This document shows positions 45,579 to 54,164 of a stretch of DNA of 64,000 nucleotides, piece after piece. The notes beneath the pieces are model-generated. The model was not told where the DNA came from and ran no database searches. It saw nothing but the letters and a program-made list of their open reading frames with translations. A program made the position numbers and the translations under genes. Source of the stretch: an uncultured Oscillospiraceae bacterium (lineage in GTDB: Bacteria; Bacillota; Clostridia; Christensenellales; CAG-314); the NCBI GenBank assembly GCA_964535505.1, contig CAZHUH010000001.1, forward strand, positions 125,591 to 189,590, read 5' to 3'. Numbering within the stretch: the first letter of the stretch is position 1; each line of letters starts with the position of its first letter.

Positions 45579-46489
45579 CGAAAGAAATAAACTTGCAGCT
45601 TCTTCCGTTTTTCAAGGAATTGAAGGAAATAAGAAAAATAGAATATGGTTGGAGTGCCGACAGCAAATTTTTTGCAGTAAACAAAAATGGCAACAAACTG
45701 CTAATAAGGCTAAGCAGTTTGGATCAATTCGAAACAAAACAGCAAGAATTCGACGCACTTTTTACCTTCAACAAGGCACTCGACAACATGAGTACACCAT
45801 TGCTATTCGGAAAAACGTCGGAATACGTTTTTATGGTGCTGAATTGGTTGGAAGGGATGTCGTTGGAAACGGTTTTGCCGCAACTAAACCGGCAAACGCA
45901 GTTCCATTTGGGCGTGAAAGCCGGCACTCTATTAAACAAAATTCACAGCTTGCCGGTGCCTAAAGGTTGGGAATTTTGTTCGCGTGAGCAAGAGTTTACC
46001 GATAAACTGAAAAAATACGAGCAACAAAGTTTGCGTCAGCCGCACGACCAACTGGCTTTGAACTACTTCTACAACCACCTAAACGACATCGAAGTGGCAC
46101 AACCGTGTTTGCTTCACGGTGATTTTCACCCCGGAAATTTGGTAATAGACAACCAACTGAACATCGGAGTAATAGATTTCAACCGCTATCGTGTGGGCGA
46201 CCCCTATTACGAATTTATAAAGGTTGAGGCTTTCACAATCGAGAGCAGTGTTGCCTTTTCATGCGGACAAATTATTGGTTACTTCAACGGGGAAATTCCA
46301 ACGGAATTTTGGGACGCCTTGAAAGAATACTGCGCATATTCGTCCTTGTTTGGCATTGTGTGGGCAGTGCCCTTTGGAAGAAAAGATGTTGACGGCATGA
46401 TACGGCGATACAACAACTTTATGCACCACTTCGACAACATGTCAAGGCAAATTCCCACTTGGTTTGAAAACTATATGAACAACAAATAA
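45524..46489 (+). CDS. Aminoglycoside/choline-kinase-type phosphotransferase (APH family)
   Basis: Brenner motif HGDFHPGNLVID and DFNRYRVGDPYYEF. The likely true start is TTG 45575, just after GGGAGGGGGA. The listed ORF start (TTG 45524) lies inside the GNAT relic. Confidence 0.85.
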   Translation: MADCTLFDGIVPPSGGGLTKEINLQLLPFFKELKEIRKIEYGWSADSKFFAVNKNGNKLLIRLSSLDQFETKQQEFDALFTFNKALDNMSTPLLFGKTSEYVFMVLNWLEGMSLETVLPQLNRQTQFHLGVKAGTLLNKIHSLPVPKGWEFCSREQEFTDKLKKYEQQSLRQPHDQLALNYFYNHLNDIEVAQPCLLHGDFHPGNLVIDNQLNIGVIDFNRYRVGDPYYEFIKVEAFTIESSVAFSCGQIIGYFNGEIPTEFWDALKEYCAYSSLFGIVWAVPFGRKDVDGMIRRYNNFMHHFDNMSRQIPTWFENYMNNK

Positions 46490-46557
46490 AATAATTTCGG
46501 CAGTTAAACAATTTTAAGTGCCGATGTCGAACGTTAAGAAAAAGGAGGAATAACACT

Positions 46558-47067
46558 ATGGAACTCAAAGAAGCGTTGTTATGCCGCAGAAGCGTGCGCA
46601 AATTTACCGACGAAGCGGTTTCCGACGAAATGATTGAAGAAATTTTGCATGCCGCCATGTGCGGCCCCAGCGCATGCAACAAAATGCCCTGGGAATTTTA
46701 CGTTGTAAGCAACAAAGAAATGCTGTCGGCACTGAAAGGCGCGACAATGTTTACCAAAATGGATGCGCCATTGGCAATAATTGTGTGCGGAAACCTTTCG
46801 CGAGCGCTGCCGCTGCAACTTTCGGAATACTGGATTCAGGATTGCAGCGCGGCAACGGAGAACATTTTGCTGCGTGTAACTGATTTGTCGCTCGGCGCCG
46901 TTTGGTGCGGCCTGCATCCGCGAAAAAGCGGGGTAGAAAATGTCCAAAAACTGTTGAATATGCCTTCAAAGCACATTCCGCTAAACGTCATATTTATCGG
47001 GCACCCTGCGGAATTTCCCGAAGCGCGCGATCAATTCAACGAACAGCGCGTGCACTTTGTGAAGTAA
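46558..47067 (+). CDS. Nitroreductase-family protein
   Basis: 169 aa. N-terminal RRSVRKF motif and FMN-binding fold pattern. AGGAGG SD. Confidence 0.9.
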   Translation: MELKEALLCRRSVRKFTDEAVSDEMIEEILHAAMCGPSACNKMPWEFYVVSNKEMLSALKGATMFTKMDAPLAIIVCGNLSRALPLQLSEYWIQDCSAATENILLRVTDLSLGAVWCGLHPRKSGVENVQKLLNMPSKHIPLNVIFIGHPAEFPEARDQFNEQRVHFVK

Positions 47068-47182
47068 AAAAAGCTTTTGCAGTGGTTTTACAGCACCACA
47101 AACAAATTCTGCACCGCATATCTTTGGCGGCAAAGACAAAAACAGCCGCCACTATCAGAGCAAACCCCAAAAGAACAAACCG

Positions 47183-47854
47183 ATGAAAGACGTGAAATTT
47201 ATATATTTCGATTTGGGCTACACCTTGGTGGACGAAACCGACGCTTGGCAAACACGCTACGCAAAGCAATGTGCATTGGAAGAATCGATTTCAGCCAAAA
47301 TTACTCCTAAAATCCTCTTTGAAAACATGAAAATCGCTTCGGCGAATCGTGCGCCATCGCCATACGGCGAAACACTGAAGAAATTCGGCATCAAATGCAA
47401 TATGCCCTATTGCCCCGATGGCGAAAAGGTCTACCCGGAAGCCGCCGATGTTTTGCGTCAACTGAAAAAGCACTATCGCTTGGGGCTTTTGGCAAATCAA
47501 GTGGCAGGCACTTTCGAGCGCCTGCGGCATTTTGGAATTGCCGATTTTTTCGATGTCGTCGTTGCTTCTTCCGACTACAAACTTGCCAAACCCGATTTGC
47601 GCTTGTTTGAAATTGCCGCACAAAAAGCGCAATGTTCCCCCAACCAAATTGTAATGGTTGGCGACAGATTGGATAACGACATACTGCCTGCCAAAGCAAT
47701 GGGTTGGAAAACAATTTGGATAAAACAAGGGTTCGGCGCGGCTCAAAGCCCTGTGGACAAAACCGACACGCCTGATTTCGCCGTAAGCTCTCTTTGGGAA
47801 ATTCCGGCAATACTTGGGTGCGCTTGCAAAAGTTATGCAAAACGACTAAATTGA
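47183..47854 (+). CDS. HAD-superfamily hydrolase (subfamily IA-like)
   Basis: 223 aa. Motif I reads FDLGYT (second Asp replaced by Gly). Motif IV GDRLDNDI. Confidence 0.85.
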   Translation: MKDVKFIYFDLGYTLVDETDAWQTRYAKQCALEESISAKITPKILFENMKIASANRAPSPYGETLKKFGIKCNMPYCPDGEKVYPEAADVLRQLKKHYRLGLLANQVAGTFERLRHFGIADFFDVVVASSDYKLAKPDLRLFEIAAQKAQCSPNQIVMVGDRLDNDILPAKAMGWKTIWIKQGFGAAQSPVDKTDTPDFAVSSLWEIPAILGCACKSYAKRLN

Positions 47855-48293
47855 TTTTGTGAACGTTGCAACAAAAAAACGGCCATAAGAATTCTTGAAC
47901 CACTATTTTTATGAACAATACGACAGCAATAAGATTTGTAGTAAATGCGCCAAATTATGCATGTAAACGAAGTCATCTCAAAGTAATGCCGAACAACTTC
48001 AATTTTGAAATATAAAATACTGTTATCAACTAGGTAAACAAAAAATATATAGAACAACAGAATTTCAAAATTTCTAATAATGCTTGCATTTTGTGTGGCA
48101 GGATTGCTATTTTGGGGGCATTAAATCTTGACATTTTGCTTTCTTCTAGCAAGCCAATACTGCAAGTTGCACTTTCCCATTTGGATTTATTTTTAGTCTG
48201 CACTGTGTTGAGTGTTGTTAGTTTGGTATCGATATTGGCTATTTATATAAATATTCAAAAGTCCTCTGATACATATTGGGGTGATAGTATAAT

Positions 48294-48350
48294 ATGCGTA
48301 AGCACATAGCCGTATTTCTCTGCTTTTGGCTCTTGCACCACAATATTTGA
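48294..48350 (+). CDS. Speculative 18-aa hydrophobic micro-ORF
   Basis: GGGGTGA-9 nt-ATG. Peptide MRKHIAVFLCFWLLHHNI. Ends 12 nt before a strong terminator. No homology evidence. Confidence 0.2.
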   Translation: MRKHIAVFLCFWLLHHNI

Positions 48351-48362
48351 CATAAAACCTGC

Positions 48363-48390
48363 AAACGGTAGTCGTTTGACTACCGTTTTT
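48363..48390 (+). terminator. Strong intrinsic terminator with no annotated upstream gene
   Basis: Perfect 11-bp stem AAACGGTAGTC/GACTACCGTTT, loop GTTT, then T-rich TTTTTATATTGTATTTTT. Confidence 0.7.
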
Positions 48391-48590
48391 ATATTGTATT
48401 TTTGGGGAGCACAAAAAATTTTTAATTTTTCACCACTTATTACATTGCAATTTTCGAAACGCATTTTGCAGTCTTTTTCAAATACTTTTTTCGACTGATT
48501 GCACTTTAGCAACTCTTTTTTCGGATTCTCACTAATTTATTATCGTTTCAAAGTTCGTTCAACACACCGTCTATTTTCATTTCGACACAA

Positions 48591-48597
48591 CTTTCAA
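48591..48597 (-). promoter_or_regulatory. Perfect Spo0A box (TGTCGAA) upstream of spoIIAA
   Basis: TTCGACA on the + strand, 68 nt before the spoIIAA ATG. 6/7 matches at 48453-48459 and 48489-48495. Confidence 0.35.
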
Positions 48598-48664
48598 CCT
48601 AATACCAAAACTTTACAAACCATACCCCACTTCTTTTGTTATATTATTTTCGGAGGCGCAAGTT

Positions 48665-48970
48665 ATGGAAGTGTACTTGAATTTCGAAAAACAAACGCTT
48701 GTTGCACGATTGGTGGGCGAATTGGACGAACATTCCGCCGAGTACGTGCGACGCAAACTAGATGCGGCGTTTAGAGAAAATGTTTTTGACGGCGTTGTGT
48801 TAGATATGTCGCGAATGTCATTTATGGATTCTACCGGCATTGGTGTTGTTATCGGAAGATACAAACTATTGCGCAAAATGGACAAAAAACTTTACGTCAA
48901 AAATCCTTCTGCCACGGTTGATAAAATTTTCAAAATGTCCGGATTATACGAAATTATCGAAAAAATATAA
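48665..48970 (+). CDS. spoIIAA: Anti-sigma-F factor antagonist (STAS domain)
   Basis: 101 aa. A DSTGIG-type phosphorylatable serine region (MDSTGIGVVIG). First gene of the spoIIA operon. Confidence 0.92.
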   Translation: MEVYLNFEKQTLVARLVGELDEHSAEYVRRKLDAAFRENVFDGVVLDMSRMSFMDSTGIGVVIGRYKLLRKMDKKLYVKNPSATVDKIFKMSGLYEIIEKI

Positions 48971-48985
48971 ATTTGAGGTAGCAAA

Positions 48986-49408
48986 ATGTCTGATTTGAAC
49001 AGTATGGAACTTATTGTAGATGCAAAATCTCGAAACGAAAAATTTGCGCGCAGTGTTGTTGGGGCGTTTTTGACGCAGCTTAACCCCACCTTGGAACAAC
49101 TCGAAGACGTAAAAACAGCTGTTTCCGAGGCGGTTACAAATTGCATCGTTCATGCCTACGAATGCAAACAAGAGGGCAAAATTCACGTTGTGTGCCAAAT
49201 TTCCGCAGATACGCTGTTTGTGGAAATTGTCGATTACGGCAAAGGCATTGAAAACGTGGAAGAAGCCATGCAGCCTTTTTTCACCACAGTTTCTAGCGGA
49301 GAACGTTCCGGCATGGGTTTCACTGTAATGCAAGCTTTCTGTGATAAAGTAGAAGTATCATCTATAAAAGGCAAAACTTCTGTAAAACTGACTAAAAAGA
49401 TTGTATGA
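48986..49408 (+). CDS. spoIIAB: Anti-sigma-F factor (serine protein kinase)
   Basis: 140 aa. HATPase_c N-box (EAVTNCIVHAY) and G-box (ERSGMGF). Confidence 0.92.
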   Translation: MSDLNSMELIVDAKSRNEKFARSVVGAFLTQLNPTLEQLEDVKTAVSEAVTNCIVHAYECKQEGKIHVVCQISADTLFVEIVDYGKGIENVEEAMQPFFTTVSSGERSGMGFTVMQAFCDKVEVSSIKGKTSVKLTKKIV

Positions 49409-49417
49409 GGGAGCGTA

Positions 49418-50140
49418 ATGGTAAGTCACGAAGAAACAATGCGGCTGATTGCGCAGGCTCAACAAGGCGATGAGGATGCGTGCTCTACTTTGATAACAGA
49501 AAACACGCCGCTGCTCAAAAGCATTGTAAAACGCTATTTGGGCAAGCATGTAGAGTACGATGACCTATTGCAAATTGCCGGAATAGGACTTTTGAAAGCT
49601 ATCAAAAATTTTTCAACCGAGTTCAACGTGCGTTTTTCCACCTACGCCGTACCCATGATTTTGGGAGAAATAAAGCGATACATGCGCGACGACGGATATT
49701 TGAAAGTTTCACGCTCGGTAAAAAGCATTTCAACCAAAATCATGCGCTATATCGACAGCAAAGCCAAAGAAGGTTTTGACGAACCCACCGTTGAAGAAAT
49801 TGCAAAAGAATTTGATATGGACGTAAACGAAGTTGTGTTTGCTTTGGACGCAACACGATTGCCCGTTTCGCTTTACGAAACGTCAAGCGACAAAGATGGA
49901 AAAGAAATGGAACTTATTGACCGTTTGCCTACCGATGAAGACAAAAAGATGCTTGACAATGTTATTTTGAAAGATATGCTTTCGCAACTGACACCGCGCG
50001 AGCAGAAAATAGTTATTTTGCGCTATTTCAGAGATATGACGCAAGGAGAAATTGCTCAAAAAATGGGCGTTTCTCAGGTGCAAATTTCGCGAATGGAAAA
50101 CAAAATTCTACAAAAACTGAAAGAACTGTATCAAGAATAG
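49418..50140 (+). CDS. sigF: Sporulation sigma factor F
   Basis: 240 aa. Sigma-70 regions 2-4 (DLLQIAGIGLLKAIKNF, FSTYAVPMILGEIKRYMRD). Operon context spoIIAA-AB-sigF. Confidence 0.92.
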   Translation: MVSHEETMRLIAQAQQGDEDACSTLITENTPLLKSIVKRYLGKHVEYDDLLQIAGIGLLKAIKNFSTEFNVRFSTYAVPMILGEIKRYMRDDGYLKVSRSVKSISTKIMRYIDSKAKEGFDEPTVEEIAKEFDMDVNEVVFALDATRLPVSLYETSSDKDGKEMELIDRLPTDEDKKMLDNVILKDMLSQLTPREQKIVILRYFRDMTQGEIAQKMGVSQVQISRMENKILQKLKELYQE

Positions 50141-50190
50141 AATTTGTAGGGCGGCATTTTACGACAAATTTTGCAAAATTCGAGTGTAGT

Positions 50191-50219
50191 ACGGTGCGGA
50201 CTTGACCTGCACCGTTTTT
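50191..50219 (+). terminator. Intrinsic terminator of the spoIIA operon
   Basis: ACGGTGC...GCACCGT stem followed by TTTTT. Confidence 0.65.
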
Positions 50220-50408
50220 ACACAAAATAGTTTGCGTAGAAACGGCAATGCTGATTTGCCCGGCCAACTTTTACCACAAAAACCGCAAGCAAAAATCTAC
50301 ACGTTGATTGAAGAAAATCTTGCTGCAAAACATTTTGTTTTCTACGACAAAATCAAGCAACCCATTAACCTTGCAACGAAAACATCCTCATTCTCGGCGG
50401 ATTTGTCG

Positions 50409-50456
50409 AAAAAAAAATCAAGAGAGGCAACGAAGTATTGCCCCTCATGTTTTTTG
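50409..50456. terminator. Bidirectional terminator-like hairpin between sigF and spoIVA
   Basis: GAGGCAA/TTGCC(CC)TC stem with a 2-nt bulge. A9 upstream and T6 downstream on the + strand. Confidence 0.45.
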
Positions 50457-50477
50457 AAAATTTGCTATATTTATGAT

Positions 50478-50525
50478 ATTATGTTAAAAATAGTATTCTG
50501 CGTTATTGAAAATCCCGATATACTT
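50478..50525 (+). repeat. REP-like intergenic element, copy 8 (long form), abutting the spoIVA stop
   Basis: ATTATGTTAAAAATAGTATTCTGCGTTATTGAAAATCCCGATATACTT. Confidence 0.7.
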
Positions 50526-51984
50526 ACAGCAACAAACAGATAAGTCCACCGCGATTTTCGTTTACAATTTTGCTAACTGTGCGGGTCAGCTTCTCTTTAA
50601 TTTCCGTAGGCATTGCGGTGCACTTTCCTTCAAGTCCTTCTTTCGCCAAGCCCGACATTGTTTTGCCAAACATGTTGGTATTCCAAATTGCCTGCGGATT
50701 TTGCTTGTACTCCGCCAAAACGTATTGGCTCTGCTGTTCTGTGCCTATCATAGGGCTAACTTCCGTTGCCACGTCAACACGAATAATGTGGTAGCTGGGT
50801 GCAGAGGCTTTCAGCCTTACTCCGTAAATGTTGCCCTGCCGCACCATTTCCGGTTCGTTAAGCGACATCTTCTCCATATCGGGCGACACAATGCCGTAGC
50901 CCAATTTGTCAGCTTGATCTAACGCGTCTTTCATTGTTTCAAAACAGCGGTTTGCTTTTGCCGATGCTGTTACAAAACTCATCAATGAAAACTCATCGGT
51001 TATTGGCATATTGGCTTCTTCCGACAACACATCGAAGAACAAATTTGCCTTGGGTGCCAGTTGGTAACAAGCAATTCCACAGCCCATTTGCAAACTTTCC
51101 ACCTTGCATTCTTCCAAAAAATCGCAATCGGCGAAACCTTCCGTTAATTTTTCGCAATCTTTCATTTTGTCAATGTCGGCGCAAACCTTTTTTACACGCT
51201 CGATTATTGATGAAATAACTTTGCTGTCCTTATCCAAAGCGCGCATCCAGTTGGGAATATTGATTGCCAAACGGCGCACGGGAAACTCTTTCAAAATATT
51301 TTGCAGCACTTCTTCAAGCTGCTTGGTATTTGCAGTTGCAACGTTCAATGGCATAACGCACACACCATACTTTTCGCGCAGTGCTTGGCAAAGGCTTTCG
51401 GTAGTTTCGGATGTGGGGTTTTTGCTGTTCACAACCACAACAAATGGTTTTCCAATGACTTTAAGTTCTCTTACTGTTTTTTCTTCGGCAGGAATGTAGT
51501 TTTGCCGAGGAATTTCCCCAACGGAGCCATCGTTGGTAACAACCACAACCACCGTGGAATGTTCCGCTGCCACCTTTTGCGTGCCGATTTCCGCTGCGCG
51601 CTCAAACGGCATTGGTTCGCCGGACCAAGGTGTGTTTACCAAACGCATTTTATCCCCTTCCAAGTGCCCCTCGGCGCCTTCGATCAAAAAACCAACACAG
51701 TCGATAAGTCGCACATTTGCAGTTGCCTTGTCCTCCAAAATCAGTTTTACCGCAGTGTTAGGCACAAATTTCGGTTGCGTGGTCATAATGGTTCTGCCGT
51801 CTGCCGATTGCGGCAATTCGTCTGTTGCGCGAGCACGTTCGTTCGGGTCGGCAATCTCCGGCAAAATCAACTTTTCCATAAAGTTTGTTACAAAAGTAGA
51901 TTTTCCGCTGCGAACGGGCCCCACCACGCCGATATATATATCTCCGTTTGTTCTTTCCGAAATATCCTGATAAATGTTGTTCAT
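50524..51984 (-). CDS. spoIVA: Stage IV sporulation protein A (spore coat morphogenetic ATPase)
   Basis: Walker A GPVRSGKST with the N-terminal pattern MNNIYQDISERTNGDIYIGVVGP. Start set to ATG 51984, since the listed TTG 51996 overlaps the GGAGG SD. Confidence 0.95.
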   Translation of the reverse strand: MNNIYQDISERTNGDIYIGVVGPVRSGKSTFVTNFMEKLILPEIADPNERARATDELPQSADGRTIMTTQPKFVPNTAVKLILEDKATANVRLIDCVGFLIEGAEGHLEGDKMRLVNTPWSGEPMPFERAAEIGTQKVAAEHSTVVVVVTNDGSVGEIPRQNYIPAEEKTVRELKVIGKPFVVVVNSKNPTSETTESLCQALREKYGVCVMPLNVATANTKQLEEVLQNILKEFPVRRLAINIPNWMRALDKDSKVISSIIERVKKVCADIDKMKDCEKLTEGFADCDFLEECKVESLQMGCGIACYQLAPKANLFFDVLSEEANMPITDEFSLMSFVTASAKANRCFETMKDALDQADKLGYGIVSPDMEKMSLNEPEMVRQGNIYGVRLKASAPSYHIIRVDVATEVSPMIGTEQQSQYVLAEYKQNPQAIWNTNMFGKTMSGLAKEGLEGKCTAMPTEIKEKLTRTVSKIVNENRGGLICLLL

Positions 51985-52011
51985 ACCTTCCTCCAAATAT
52001 GCGTTTGGTAG

Positions 52012-52040
52012 ATTGTATGAAAAATCCCCTTGCGATAGAA
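52012..52040 (-). promoter_or_regulatory. Candidate sigma-E-type promoter of spoIVA
   Basis: Minus strand -35 TTCTATC, 14-nt spacer, -10 CATACAAT (consensus CATACAnT), about 20 nt upstream of the SD. Confidence 0.45.
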
Positions 52041-52297
52041 CAAAGGGAAAAAGATTATCAGTGGAGAATAAACTTATATTGCCGAAAAAAGTAAAACCGT
52101 AAGTTTTGCGATGAATATTTGCGAACTGCTCCGATTTTCAGCACCCGTAACAAAAGGTTCGCACACCACAGCACACGTCAAACACTGCCGACTGTATGCG
52201 CATTCCAACCGCCGCCCGATAATATCAACTACCCAAAAACTTAACGGCCGTTTTGCAGCGAATATTTTGCGAACCAACTGTTTTCGGAACAATCACG

Positions 52298-53461
52298 CTA
52301 GTTGCCGCCATACAGCAATTCGTACAAAGTTTGCTTAAAATGGTATTTTTGCATCAATTCTTCAATAACGGCAACATTTTTAGAGGATTTTTCTCGAGTT
52401 CTTTTGGCGCGTATCATCAAATTTTTGGGAGAATGTACCAAATCGACAAATTCCAGTACGTCCACGGAATAGCCTTCATCCTCCAAAAGCATTGCGCGAA
52501 TACTGTCGGTAAGCAATGCCGAAACGCGTTCCTTGATGATTCCGTATTTTAAGAAAATGTCTAAATCGGCACCGCTATTTGCTTCGTCTAAACTGCCTCC
52601 GCGCCCAATGGAAAGATTTACCTCGTGTTGACAGCACGGCACGGAAAAAATATACTTTGCATTTTTGCTTACGGCGTAATTCAATGCGTAGTCGGTCGCC
52701 GTGTCGCAAGCATGCAACGAAATTACCATATCTATGTGCTTATCGTAAAGTTTGTCCCTCGAAACGTCCGCCACCACAAAATGCAAATTTTCGTAGCCGT
52801 ATTTTTGCGCAATTTCGTTGCAGTGCGCCACCACATTTGCTTTCAAATCGTAACCTATAATTTTTGCGTTTACACCTTTTACTTTCACAAAGTAGTAGTA
52901 AACAAAAAAAGTCAAATACGATTTTCCACACCCAAAATCCAAAACGGTAATTTGCGGCTTTTCATAGTTTTTGAACACATCGTCAAGCAGCTCCACAAAG
53001 CGATTTATCTGCTTAAATTTATCCTGCTTGGATGGTACAATTTTGTTATCCGAAGTAAAAATTCCAAGGTCTACAAAAGGCGGAATATTTTCTCCTTCTT
53101 TCAGAACGTAGTTTTTGGCGCGGTTGAAATCTTGCGAAAGCTTTTTATTTCCCGTTTTGTTTTCCATTCGTTTGAAATTGCTTTTTGAAAACAAATAAGT
53201 AACCGTTTTGTCCTCGAAAAGCAGACAAATTTGTTTGTATTTCCCTTCCACATTTGCAGAAAGCCATTCGAAAAGGTTGCTGCAACAAATATTCTCGTGA
53301 AAGGCCTGTGTTTTGGTAAGTTTTTCCGCTTGAAAAAGCCTTGCGCCCTCCACCGACAACGGGCGTAACGAAATTTTTATATAAACAGCACTTTTTGAAA
53401 AAGGATTACTGCACACAATTTTTACCAAATTGTCTGCGGTTATTTCTTCTTTGAAGTTCAT
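52298..53461 (-). CDS. Class I SAM-dependent methyltransferase (Methyltransf_32-like), substrate unknown
   Basis: 387 aa. SAM motif VLDFGCGKSYLT and LHACDTATD. Confidence 0.75.
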   Translation of the reverse strand: MNFKEEITADNLVKIVCSNPFSKSAVYIKISLRPLSVEGARLFQAEKLTKTQAFHENICCSNLFEWLSANVEGKYKQICLLFEDKTVTYLFSKSNFKRMENKTGNKKLSQDFNRAKNYVLKEGENIPPFVDLGIFTSDNKIVPSKQDKFKQINRFVELLDDVFKNYEKPQITVLDFGCGKSYLTFFVYYYFVKVKGVNAKIIGYDLKANVVAHCNEIAQKYGYENLHFVVADVSRDKLYDKHIDMVISLHACDTATDYALNYAVSKNAKYIFSVPCCQHEVNLSIGRGGSLDEANSGADLDIFLKYGIIKERVSALLTDSIRAMLLEDEGYSVDVLEFVDLVHSPKNLMIRAKRTREKSSKNVAVIEELMQKYHFKQTLYELLYGGN

Positions 53462-53491
53462 TTTCTATCCCTTTTATCAGCATCCGCCGAG

Positions 53492-54163
53492 TCATCTTTC
53501 TTTTTTGCGACCCAACACCTGTTTACGAACTCCCGTACGCAATTCTTTGCCCCTAAAAATGCGCAAAATGTTGTGCCTGTGGGCAAACAGCACCACCGCA
53601 AGCATTGCCGTCAAAAATGCGCAACCCACAACGCCATCAACCGGCAAAAGCACAACCCAATGCCACACTATCATAAACACCGCAAACAAAATGGACATAA
53701 CCGACATTCTGTCGACGATAAAAATCACTGCAAGCATCGGCAAAACACAGCACAGCATAAGCAACGGATGAGTTATTGCGCACACTCCTATGCTTGTTGC
53801 CACACCTTTGCCTCCCCTAAACTTGTGATATGGCGGAAAAACGTGCCCCAACACCACAAACAGTCCTGCCCCATGCATAAAAGGCAACAGACAATTTGTG
53901 TATGCAAAGATAAACTTGCACAGCAAGCACACCAAAACACCTTTGAGAGAATCGCACAAAAAAGTCAGTGCGCCCAAGCCCAATCCGAAAACACGAAACA
54001 CGTTAGTGGTTCCGGCGTTGCCGCTTCCTACGGTGCGAATATCCTCGTGCTTTATTGCTTTACAAAACAAAATGGCAAAGTTAATTCCGCCAAAAGCGTA
54101 GCACGCCGCGGCAACCAAAACAAGTTGCCACCAATAAGTTAAAAAAAATGCTGTGCCGTCCAT
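53492..54163 (-). CDS. plsY: Glycerol-3-phosphate acyltransferase PlsY
   Basis: GSGNAGTTN motif in a multi-TM protein. Start moved to ATG 54163, next to the der stop. Confidence 0.93.
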   Translation of the reverse strand: MDGTAFFLTYWWQLVLVAAACYAFGGINFAILFCKAIKHEDIRTVGSGNAGTTNVFRVFGLGLGALTFLCDSLKGVLVCLLCKFIFAYTNCLLPFMHGAGLFVVLGHVFPPYHKFRGGKGVATSIGVCAITHPLLMLCCVLPMLAVIFIVDRMSVMSILFAVFMIVWHWVVLLPVDGVVGCAFLTAMLAVVLFAHRHNILRIFRGKELRTGVRKQVLGRKKER

Positions 54164-54164
54164 A

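Noticed and set aside
47183-47854. HAD protein as a true haloacid dehalogenase, because motif I lacks the second Asp.
   Set aside because: DLGYT does not match the dehalogenase DxYGT order either. This is insufficient evidence, so it stays a generic HAD hydrolase.
48255-48512. 85-aa minus-strand ORF upstream of spoIIAA.
   Set aside because: It has a TTG start without an SD and contains the perfect 11-bp terminator hairpin in its middle.
50470-50500. dif-like XerCD site. TGATATTATGTTAAAAAT resembles the XerD arm TTATGTTAAAT.
   Set aside because: The left arm does not match. The sequence is simply one copy of the multi-copy REP-like family, whereas dif should be unique.
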